DNA of 64,000 nt from Myxococcota bacterium (GTDB lineage: Bacteria; Myxococcota_A; Polyangia; Nannocystales; Nannocystaceae), in the NCBI GenBank assembly GCA_039028615.1, contig JBCCHT010000047.1, positions 1 to 64,000 on the forward strand, given 5' to 3'. Below are positions 8,919 through 18,673 of this stretch, piece by piece; the first letter of the stretch is position 1, and each line of letters starts with the position of its first letter. Under the pieces are notes generated by a model. The model saw only the letters and a list, made by a program, of their open reading frames with translations. It had not been told where the DNA came from and did no database searches. Position numbers and translations under genes: made by a program.

Positions 8919-10949
8919 TCAGTTGTCCACGCCGTGGATGGCACCCCGCTCGATCAGCGTGTTCTTCTGCCCATCGGTGAGCAGCGCCGAGTCTTGGACG
9001 GCGGTCACGAACTCGGGCCAGGTGAACTGCTGCAGGCCGTCGATGTCGTCGCCGACTCGGAGGGCAGTGACGTCGGCGAAGATCGGCCATAGGTCGCCGA
9101 CATCGACGGAGTCGGGGCCTCGGGTCACCTCGAAGAGGTACCCGAGCCAGTCGTACTGTGAGCCTGCGTTCGCGGTGTCGCAGCTGTACAGGTCGGTGTA
9201 CGCGAAGGTGCCGCAGGGCAGGGCGACGGGAGGCTCGACGATGTGCTCGACCTCGGGGCCGAGTCGATACTCCTTGTAGTAGACGAAGCGGCACTGCGGC
9301 GTGGCCGGGTCGTTGAAGATCTTGGCGGCGACGAAGTGGGCGAAGCCCTCGCGGAAGGCGTTGGTGATCTTCTCCGTCGATTGCATGCAGTGCAGCGCGT
9401 TGGCGGAATCGACGTGGTCACACCGACACATCACGTTGTCGGGGGTGTAGGGGGGATCGTGGTAGTCGCGGAGACCCAGCCTTCGGCGACCCCGGCTCTG
9501 AACGAAGTGGCCAAACTCGTGGGCCACCACGTGGCGCATGGTGGTGAGGTCGATTCCCTCGTTGTTCGTGCCGACGTGGAGCTCGAGCCGGCTTCCGCAT
9601 GCGGCGGCGTAGATCGAGTATCCGTCCTCGTCGATCCACGGCGTCGGACAGCCCTCGTCGGCGTACACATCCAGCGTTCCCGAGCCCGCGATCGTCAGGC
9701 CCGGGGTCACCAGCGCCCGGGACAAGATGGCCGCGATCCGGGTGGTTCGGTTGTCCTCCACGCTGCGGCGATGGATGGTGCCGGCCCCGGTCACGCGGAA
9801 GTTGCCGTTGGCGTAGCCCCAGTCGTCCACGTCATCGTCTCGGTGGTACTGGATGTCATAGTCGTTTTCGCCCGAGCGCAGTCGCGAGTGCAGGGAGAAC
9901 ACGTAGTTGCCCGTCAGGGCCTCGAACTCGGGCGTGCAGCCGTCGGCGTCGAGGTAGCCCTCGTAGATCAGATCCATCGATGCGTGCGGGTCGAAGACGT
10001 CGAAGGGCGTGGTGATGGTGATCTTGGCGAAGCTCGCGGTCACCTCCTGGATGCCTTCTTCACCGAGGTAGGCCTGGCGCGGCTCGGCGTCGATGTAGTG
10101 CACGCGCCACGAGGTGCACAGCTTGGTGGTGACCATCGACGGCGGGAGATCGAGGGGCCCGTTCACGCTGTCGTGGGTGTGCAGTCCATCGATCGGGGCG
10201 GCGCTGGCGGGCGTGGGCGCACCCGGGGCGAACCCCGGTTGCCGCGCGGACTGCTGAGGATCCGACTCGATGTCGACCCAGGCCGAAGCGAGCTGCAGCG
10301 ATTCCTCGACCGAGGACGGCCGCGCGGGCTCTTTGACGGTGACCGTTTCTCCTTCGGGATCGAGGAACACGTGCCGCCGCGGCGACCGGATCTCCTGCAC
10401 GAAGTCGTTGTCGTAGGGGACGCGAACCGCGATGACGAGGTCGGTCGGGCGCTCGGGGCCATCGAGAGGCAGCATCTCCACCGCGACCTCGACCGGGAGC
10501 TTGTCTCCCGGCTCCAGCGTGCCGGAGAACAGCGGGTATTCCTCGACGACTTCCTCCTCGTGCTCGAGGGTGGCAATGGCGACGACTTCGAGCTCGATGG
10601 GGTGCTCGACTCGGTTGCCGATGGTGCCCTCGAGGACGAGATCCTGCACATCGCCCGCAACGCTAGGCTCGAGCCAGTGGGCGCTGACCTGCGCTCCAGC
10701 GGTCGAATAGTCGTCGCTGGGCGTGGGCTCGTCCTCGAGCTGCGGCAGTGCCGTGGACGCGGCGGGATCCAAGTCGCCGTCGTCCGAGCCGACGTCTGCG
10801 TCGTCGGACATCGCGTCGGTCTCGGACTCCGCCGAGTCGTCGGCCGGGGACGGTGCGGCGGAGCAGCCCAGCGCGAGAGGGAACAGGAGCCCGGTGCACA
10901 GGGCGGGCAGATTCTGGAGATGAGACTTGGGGGACAAGGCACCGGGCAA
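8919..10949 (-). CDS. Lipoprotein, putative zinc metallopeptidase
   Basis: LALGC lipobox; VVAHEFGHF (HEXXH) with downstream AFREGFAHF (gluzincin-like third ligand). Confidence 0.7.
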   Translation of the reverse strand: MPGALSPKSHLQNLPALCTGLLFPLALGCSAAPSPADDSAESETDAMSDDADVGSDDGDLDPAASTALPQLEDEPTPSDDYSTAGAQVSAHWLEPSVAGDVQDLVLEGTIGNRVEHPIELEVVAIATLEHEEEVVEEYPLFSGTLEPGDKLPVEVAVEMLPLDGPERPTDLVIAVRVPYDNDFVQEIRSPRRHVFLDPEGETVTVKEPARPSSVEESLQLASAWVDIESDPQQSARQPGFAPGAPTPASAAPIDGLHTHDSVNGPLDLPPSMVTTKLCTSWRVHYIDAEPRQAYLGEEGIQEVTASFAKITITTPFDVFDPHASMDLIYEGYLDADGCTPEFEALTGNYVFSLHSRLRSGENDYDIQYHRDDDVDDWGYANGNFRVTGAGTIHRRSVEDNRTTRIAAILSRALVTPGLTIAGSGTLDVYADEGCPTPWIDEDGYSIYAAACGSRLELHVGTNNEGIDLTTMRHVVAHEFGHFVQSRGRRRLGLRDYHDPPYTPDNVMCRCDHVDSANALHCMQSTEKITNAFREGFAHFVAAKIFNDPATPQCRFVYYKEYRLGPEVEHIVEPPVALPCGTFAYTDLYSCDTANAGSQYDWLGYLFEVTRGPDSVDVGDLWPIFADVTALRVGDDIDGLQQFTWPEFVTAVQDSALLTDGQKNTLIERGAIHGVDN

Positions 10950-11052
10950 GTGCAGCGTCGGCGTCGATCGTTCCCGAAAATCTCCGATGGCGGGCGGGAA
11001 CGTCCCCCGCGGTGCGCGCGACAGTCTCGGCCCGCGCTCGATCGCCTCTGCT

Positions 11053-11370
11053 TCACGTTCGGCGCTGGGCCAGCGAAGCGACCACCTGCCTCTGCAGCGC
11101 GACGTACCGCTGCGGGTCTTCGACCTTCCAGGGGTTCATGTCGTGCTTCCGACAAAACCCGTAGTGCGCCAGCCACCCCAGCAGCGGATGAAGCACCACG
11201 AACACCAGCGCCCACGGCCCGAGGCCATGGGTCAGCAGGGCCGTCATGCCGAGATAGAACACGGGCTTGGCCGCGCGCTTCCAGCTCGGCCAAATGAGCT
11301 GCCACGTGCGAGCGAGGCCAACGCCCTCGATGACGACGGCGATGCCGAGCGTGATCCAGATCCAGTCCAT
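11053..11370 (-). CDS. Small integral membrane protein
   Basis: 105 aa with three hydrophobic segments; GC3-rich codons. Confidence 0.65.
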   Translation of the reverse strand: MDWIWITLGIAVVIEGVGLARTWQLIWPSWKRAAKPVFYLGMTALLTHGLGPWALVFVVLHPLLGWLAHYGFCRKHDMNPWKVEDPQRYVALQRQVVASLAQRRT

Positions 11371-11494
11371 GACGAGAGCAGGCTAGCCCTCGTCCGGCTG
11401 GATCTGACGCTCGGCCGTCGATGAAAAAATCCGGCCGGTGACGAGAAGAGAGCGCGCCCCCACGATCTCTCCTCGTCACCTTCCGGTCGCCGAA

Positions 11495-12811
<1,317 letters not shown>

Positions 12812-12865
12812 TGTCGCTCACTCCCGAGCGCCGACTGCCAAGGCGCTGTGTCATGCCCCGTACTG

Positions 12866-12881
12866 AGCAAGGGGCATGCCA
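12866..12881 (-). promoter_or_regulatory. Sigma54 (-24/-12) promoter of the di-heme peroxidase gene
   Basis: Minus strand TGGCATG-CCCC-TTGCT, about 55 nt upstream of the start codon. Confidence 0.75.
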
Positions 12882-13046
12882 CCGCGAGCGAAGACGAAAG
12901 CGGTTCGTTTTCGGGGGAGGAGCGTTGCGTTCGGCCACACCGACAGGGGTGACTGCAATTTCGGCAGGGGGGCTTCGGGCGACTTTCGCAGCAGTGCAGG
13001 CCGATCGGGCAGGTTGGAGCACTGGCGAGTGTCGTTGCCTGGATGC

Positions 13047-14090
13047 TCAAAGCTCGACGAGCAGCATCAGGGAAGCACTGGACTCCCCGAGATCGGCCAC
13101 CGTCACCGGCTGATTGGGGAGCGAGACGAGATCACCCGAGTCGGGCAGGAGACTCGCGGCGAGGTTGCCGTTGCGATCGAGCACCGCGTTGGCGGAGTAG
13201 TCGCCGGGGTGAATCTGCTCGAGCGACAGCTCGATGCTGGTCGAGCCCGCGGCCGCGAACGCATGAATGAAGCGGCTGGGCGTGCAGCTGCCCGGCGCCA
13301 GGCCGCACTCGGTGGCCGATAGCAGGATCCACGCGTCGGCGGGCTCGGTCAGCGGCTCGAGCCACGACAGCGTGGCCCGCAGCGTGGGCATGGCGGGGAA
13401 GGGGTCGTCGCTCTGCCCCGGGCTCGGGTCGTAGGGAAAGTCGCCGTCGGTGGGGCGCTCTTCGGCGAGCTGGCCCTCCCAGAACATGTGGGGGCGCGAC
13501 AGCACGTCGGCGGCGAGGGTGAGCTGGTCGTCGGACAGCTCGATGGTCGCCTCGACGTAGCCGCAGCCCCCCGTGATCGCGCAAAAACGCCAGGTCTCGG
13601 CGTCGGGGTCGTGCTCGACGAGCCGCGTGCGGGTGTCCCGGAGGATGCCGAGGAACTCGCCGCCGTTGCGGAATACGAGCGTCGGTTCGCCATCGACGTC
13701 CTCGATGGCGAAGGCGAAGCGAAGGTTGTTGTCCGCGTCGAGGTCGACCCGGGAAAACAGCGTCCGATCGTCGGCGGGTCGGATGTCCATCGCCATGATC
13801 GGGAAGTTGCCCACCGAGGTCATGGAGGTGACCGGCGCGACCCACAGACCCGGCAGGCGGCGCAGCAGCGCGGGGCCGGCATCGGCGGGCGGCGGCGTCT
13901 CGGCCCCGGTCGAGTCGGCTCCGTCGTCGTCGGGCGTGATTCCCGTGGCGTCGTGGCTGGAGCTGGAGTCCGCCGCGTCGGTGTCGGTGTCGGTGGCCTG
14001 CTCGGGGTCGTCGGTACCGGAGCCGAGGTCGAGGCAGGCGCTCGCGCTCGAGGCGAGCGCAACGGTCAGGGGCAGGCGTAAGCTAGGCAT
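13047..14090 (-). CDS. Hypothetical lipoprotein
   Basis: MPSLRLPLTVALASSASAC lipobox-like signal; acidic linker; globular C-terminal region. Confidence 0.7.
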   Translation of the reverse strand: MPSLRLPLTVALASSASACLDLGSGTDDPEQATDTDTDAADSSSSHDATGITPDDDGADSTGAETPPPADAGPALLRRLPGLWVAPVTSMTSVGNFPIMAMDIRPADDRTLFSRVDLDADNNLRFAFAIEDVDGEPTLVFRNGGEFLGILRDTRTRLVEHDPDAETWRFCAITGGCGYVEATIELSDDQLTLAADVLSRPHMFWEGQLAEERPTDGDFPYDPSPGQSDDPFPAMPTLRATLSWLEPLTEPADAWILLSATECGLAPGSCTPSRFIHAFAAAGSTSIELSLEQIHPGDYSANAVLDRNGNLAASLLPDSGDLVSLPNQPVTVADLGESSASLMLLVEL

Positions 14091-14138
14091 GGCGGGTGCA
14101 ACACCGCCGCCCGCTCGCGGTGTCACTGGCCCGGCCGA

Positions 14139-15297
14139 TCATTTCGATAGCTCGATCACCCGGTCCATGAAGCGATGGACCTCTTGTTCGGTATTGTAGA
14201 AATGAGGCCCGATGCGAAGCCCACAGCCGGGGCGCCAGTCGTGCTTGAAGCGCTCTTCGATGAGCTGCTTGCTGGCGCGCTCGCTGTCGGGGAAGTCCAC
14301 CGCCACGAACCCGGTGCGTCGCTCGTCCTCGAGAGGCGAGTGCACGGTGAGGCCGGCCTGCTGGGCCCGATCGATGACGATCCGTGACAGCGCGAGGTTG
14401 TGCGACCGAATGCGATCGAGCCCGATCTCCTCGAAGCGGCGATAGGACTCGCGCGCGATGTAGTAGGCGGGCATCGACGGCGTGCCGCCCCATAGCCGCC
14501 GCGCACCCTCGGCGTAGCGAATGGGCGCGGGCTCGAACGCGAAGGGGTCGGCGTGGGCCATCCACCCCGTGGTGCGCGGGGCGACGTGCTCGAGCACGCC
14601 GGGCCGGGCATAGAGGAAGGCGGTGCCCGGACCTCCGCACAGCCACTTGTGGCTGCCGCCGACCACGAAGTCGACGCCCCACTCGTTGACGTCGAAGGGC
14701 ACGGCGCCGAGCGTCTGGTAGACGTCGACCATGACCTTGGCGCCCACCTCGTGGGCCCCGACGGCAGATGGCGGGGATGTCGAGCAGCGCCCCGGACACG
14801 TAGATGGCGTGGGAGATGGAGACGATGGCGGTCTGCTCGTCGATGGCCTCGAGGAAGCGCTCGGTGGGGATGTCCATCCCGTCGTCCGAGGGCACGAGGT
14901 GCAGCTGGGCCCCGAGCGAGGCGAAGCGCTCCCACACGTAGATCACGTTGGGGAACATCAGCGACTCGATGACCACCTTGTTGCGCGGCCCGGAAAAGTC
15001 GATGGAGCTGGCGACCGCGGCCTGGAAGAAGGCGACGTTCTGATTGAGCGCGGTGTGGCCCGGGGCGCCGCCGAACAGGCGCGCCACCGCATCACCGGTC
15101 TCGCCCACGAAGGGCACCCACCGGTCCCACGCCTCGACCCCCTCGTGCTCCCAGGCGTCGAGGTAGTCGGTGGTGGCTTGGCGTGCAGCACGGGACATGG
15201 CGCCCATGCTGTTGCTGTTCATGTACACGCTCGTGTCGAGGATCGGGTAGTCCTCGCGGTAGCGAGCGAGAGTGGGGTCGATGGCGGGCTTGTCCAT
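14139..15297 (-). pseudogene. Class V PLP-dependent aminotransferase (kynureninase-like), split by a single-base frameshift (real lesion or sequencing error)
   Basis: N-half YMNSNSMGAM...SGALLDIPAICRR in ORF 14083..15297; C-half (AHE)VGAKVMVDVYQ...GGSHKWLCGGPG...LRIGPHFYN in ORF 14139..14747; removing one base from CCCC at 14756-14759 joins them. Confidence 0.85.
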
Positions 15298-15396
15298 GGC
15301 GCGCGCGGCTCCTCGGCACCACGGTAACAGAGCAGCGCAACCACGGAAGGACCCCGCCAGGCGACGGGGCTCACACGTTCGACCGGGACTCGGCCG

Positions 15397-15792
15397 CTAC
15401 TCGTTGGGGTCGGCCGTGAGCTTGGCGTAGGCCGCGGCGTCCATCAGGCTGTCGAGCTGCGCCTTGTCGCTGGGCTCGACCTTCACCAACCAGCCCTCGC
15501 CGTAGGGGTCGGAGTTCACCGTCTCGGGGGCGTCCTCGAGGGCCTCGTTGATCTCCGTGACCTTGCCGGAGACCGGCGCATAGAGCTCGGACACCGCCTT
15601 GACGGAGTCGATGTCGCCGAAGCTCTCGCCCTGGGTGAGCTCGTCGCCCGCGTCGGGCAGGGTCACCATGGTGATGTCGCCCAGCTGATCGATGGCGTGC
15701 TTGGTGATGCCCACGACGATCAGGTCGCCGTCGACCTTCGCCCACTCGTGTTGCTCGCTGTATCGAAGGTCCTCGGGGATCTCGGTGCTCAT
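15397..15792 (-). CDS. gcvH: Glycine cleavage system H protein
   Basis: LRYSEQHEW, IDSVKAVSELYAPVSG (lipoyl-Lys), VNSDPYGEGW. Confidence 0.97.
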   Translation of the reverse strand: MSTEIPEDLRYSEQHEWAKVDGDLIVVGITKHAIDQLGDITMVTLPDAGDELTQGESFGDIDSVKAVSELYAPVSGKVTEINEALEDAPETVNSDPYGEGWLVKVEPSDKAQLDSLMDAAAYAKLTADPNE

Positions 15793-15847
15793 GATGGTTC
15801 GTCCCTAATGCTCGGTGATTGCGGTGCAGCGAAAAGTCGGTGTGCGC

Positions 15848-16954
15848 TCACTGGGGGCGCTTGTAGAAGGGGCCCTTGACCTGGCGCGCGTCGAGGACCT
15901 TCTTGCGCTGGCGGATGCGCAGCGGCTTGTCGGCGCCAGCCAGGGGCTTGGGCACGTAGGCCAGGCCCACGGCGCCGCCCACGGTGGGGGCCGGCCCGCC
16001 CGAGGTGACCGTGCCGACGACGGCGTCGTCCTCGCCCAGGAGCTCGGCGCCCGGTCGCACGATGCCGCGACCCTCGACGACGAAGCCGACCAGTCGCCGG
16101 GTGACGCCCTCGGCCTTGACCCGGGTCAGCGCCTCGTGGCCCACGAACCGCGGGGCGTCGGGGCCCTTGTCGAGCTTGACCACCCAGCCCAGGCCGGCTT
16201 CGTAGGGGTTGGTGGTCTCGTCGATGTCCTGGCCGTACAGCGACAGGCGGGCCTCGAGGCGCAGCGTGTCGCGGGCACCGAGGCCGATGGGGCTGATGCC
16301 CGCGTCGAGCAGGGCCTGCCACACGGCGGGTGCCTTCTCGGCCGCGACGAAAAGCTCGAAGCCATCCTCACCCGTGTACCCGGTGCGTGCCGCCGTGATC
16401 TCGGCTCCGGCGAGCGTCGAGTGATGCAGGCCAAAGCCCGGCACGCTACGGAGGGCATCGTCGTCCGCCAGCGTGGCCACGTGCTCGACCGCGTTGGGCC
16501 CCTGCACCGCGATGAGGGCGAACTCGTCGCTGCGATCGGTGATCTCGCACAGCGAGTCGGCGTGCTCGCGGAAGTGGGCGACGTCTTTTTCGATGTTCGC
16601 CGCGTTCACCACGATGCGGTAGTGCTCGGCGGCGAAGCGATAGACGATGCAGTCGTCCACGATGCCGCCGTCGGGGCGACACGTGACGGTGTACAGCGCT
16701 CGCCCGTCTTCGAGCCGGCCGGCGTCGTTGGTCACCAGGGTCTGAATTGCATTCAGAGCCCCAGGCCCGCGGAAGTCGACCTCGCCCATGTGCGAGACGT
16801 CGAAGATGCCCGCGGCTTTGCGGACGGCATGATGCTCTCCGAGGATCCCCTGGTCGAACTGCAGCGGCATCGACCAGCCGGAAAACGGCACCATCTTGGC
16901 GCCGCGCTCGAGGTGGAGGGCATGGAGCGGGGTCTTTTGCGGGTCACCGGTCAT
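15848..16954 (-). CDS. gcvT: Glycine cleavage system aminomethyltransferase T
   Basis: KTPLHALH, GIFDVSHMGE, RTGYTGEDGFE, GLGARDTLRLEA. Confidence 0.96.
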   Translation of the reverse strand: MTGDPQKTPLHALHLERGAKMVPFSGWSMPLQFDQGILGEHHAVRKAAGIFDVSHMGEVDFRGPGALNAIQTLVTNDAGRLEDGRALYTVTCRPDGGIVDDCIVYRFAAEHYRIVVNAANIEKDVAHFREHADSLCEITDRSDEFALIAVQGPNAVEHVATLADDDALRSVPGFGLHHSTLAGAEITAARTGYTGEDGFELFVAAEKAPAVWQALLDAGISPIGLGARDTLRLEARLSLYGQDIDETTNPYEAGLGWVVKLDKGPDAPRFVGHEALTRVKAEGVTRRLVGFVVEGRGIVRPGAELLGEDDAVVGTVTSGGPAPTVGGAVGLAYVPKPLAGADKPLRIRQRKKVLDARQVKGPFYKRPQ

Positions 16955-17166
16955 GCGCGCCCCGGCACTATCGACGAGACCGCGCATGGGCGCAACCACC
17001 ATGATGCGGGTGAATCTACGCTATAGTTGCTGTGTTTTTGGGCTAAGTGTTTGAAATTGCTTTGCGGTCGTGGCCTGAGGACCGGTTTTTCCGCTGGCTC
17101 ACATCTGAGACGACGGACCCCCTCGAGGCCCCTGCAACCGAGGCCGTGCGCAGGTCGCCGCGCGCC

Positions 17167-18591
17167 TCACTGGGCGGCGAGGCGACGCACCAGCTCGCCG
17201 ATGTTGTCGTCCCAGTAGTTGCAGATCTCGTTGTCCTCTTCGGCGGTGCCGTCCATGACCGCCTTGGGGCAGCCGCTCTTGCACACGGGCACGAACTGGC
17301 AGCTGCCGCACTTGTCGTTGTCGTAGGGGTTGTAGGTCTCCCAGGGCAGCGCGCCGGAGCCGAAGCCACCGTTGCCCCCGCCGCTGCCGATGACCTGCAG
17401 GCGACGCTGCTTGGGTCGGCGAGGGGGAGGGGCCTCGTGCTCGCGATGCACCGAGCCCACCGCTTGGCGGTCGTCGTGGATCCCCAGCTCGCACTTGAAC
17501 AGCTGCCCGCGCGAGCCGATGACATAGGAGTACTCGCGCACGGCCGAACACCCGCCGCGGGTGGCGGTGAGCAGCGGCGACTTGGGCTTGTCGACCTCGG
17601 CGTCGGCCTCGAGTCGATCGAGCTCGTCTTCGACGGGGGAGTTGAGGTCGAGCAGATCGTTCTGGGACAGCTTGTCGCCGGGGATCTCGACCAGCTCGGT
17701 GTACGAGGAGAGCTTGCCGCCGTACACGGACACCGCGTGGGGGCCGTGCAGCAGCCCCGCCTCGCCCAGCTCGCGCAGCAGCTGTCGTACGTGGGGGCGG
17801 TTTTCTTGGTCGATGTTGATGCGGACCCGGACGGCGATGACGTCGTGGGCCTGCTTCAGGTTGGCCATGATGCGGTCGTAGCTGCGCTGGCCGCCCTTGT
17901 AGGGCCGACGCTGGTCGTGCACGTCGCGGGGACCATCGATGGTGACCTGGGCCATGCCGATGCCCGCCGCGCTCAGGCGCGTGGCCATGTCGCGGGTGAG
18001 CAGGGCCCCGTTGGTGATGACGCTAGAGGCATAGTGGAAGCCGAGGCGCTCGCCGTCTTGGACCAGCTGCGCGGACAGGTCGATCATGACGTCGGCGTTG
18101 AGCAAGGGCTCGCCGCCGAACCAGTTGATGGAGACCGACTTGGCCGAGGCTTTGTGGACCTGCTCGAGGATGAACTCGCGCACCGCCGCGGCCGTCTCGC
18201 GGCTCATGTGCTCGGGGCGGTGCTCTTCGAAGCAATAGGGGCATGCGAAGTTGCACGCCATGGTGGTGCCAATGGTGTAGAAGAGGTGCCGCGTCTTGCG
18301 GGCGTCTTCGTAGGCTTGCCGCAAGATCGCGACTTCGTCGTGGCCGGCCGGGACCACGAATCCGGCCTCGGCGAGCACTTCGGTGGTCTCGGGATCGAGG
18401 GCCTCGGGCAGGGCGGGCGCATAGCCGGCAGCGAGGCCCCGACCGCCTTCGCCAAAGAGGTTGCGGACTCCGCCATAGGTCTCGGCGTCGACTCGCATGA
18501 GTCCGCTGGTGGCAGTATTGAACAATAGGACATCGCCGCTGCCGTCATTGGTGTCGACGGCGATGTTGTAACGAGAACCCTTGTGTTCCAC
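17167..18591 (-). CDS. Radical SAM/SPASM peptide maturase with N-terminal RRE-like region
   Basis: GTG at 18591 with GGAG RBS; SRYNI...VLLFNTATS N-terminus; CNFACPYC (CX3CX2C); WFGGEPLL; ITNG; QVTIDG; SPASM CX13GX4C...CX2CX5CX3CX15C. Confidence 0.93.
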   Translation of the reverse strand: MEHKGSRYNIAVDTNDGSGDVLLFNTATSGLMRVDAETYGGVRNLFGEGGRGLAAGYAPALPEALDPETTEVLAEAGFVVPAGHDEVAILRQAYEDARKTRHLFYTIGTTMACNFACPYCFEEHRPEHMSRETAAAVREFILEQVHKASAKSVSINWFGGEPLLNADVMIDLSAQLVQDGERLGFHYASSVITNGALLTRDMATRLSAAGIGMAQVTIDGPRDVHDQRRPYKGGQRSYDRIMANLKQAHDVIAVRVRINIDQENRPHVRQLLRELGEAGLLHGPHAVSVYGGKLSSYTELVEIPGDKLSQNDLLDLNSPVEDELDRLEADAEVDKPKSPLLTATRGGCSAVREYSYVIGSRGQLFKCELGIHDDRQAVGSVHREHEAPPPRRPKQRRLQVIGSGGGNGGFGSGALPWETYNPYDNDKCGSCQFVPVCKSGCPKAVMDGTAEEDNEICNYWDDNIGELVRRLAAQ

Positions 18592-18628
18592 GATCGTGCT
18601 CCGAAGCTCGTAGGTCGTCGATGAAGAG

Positions 18629-18664
18629 GGGGCTCTCGTGCGGCCGAAGCCCCACGAGAGCCCC
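18629..18664 (-). terminator. Stable stem-loop between precursor and maturase (attenuator or mRNA stabiliser)
   Basis: 12-bp perfect inverted repeat GGGGCTCTCGTG / CACGAGAGCCCC with inner GGC-TTCG-GCC on the minus strand, followed by CTCTTCAT. Confidence 0.75.
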
Positions 18665-18673
18665 GAGGGGCGG

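Noticed and set aside
16955..17166. Possible glycine riboswitch upstream of gcvT
   Set aside because: CTCAG(G)-like words are present, but I could not find the GGAGA/CCGAAG core or the paired stems; an Rfam scan would settle it.
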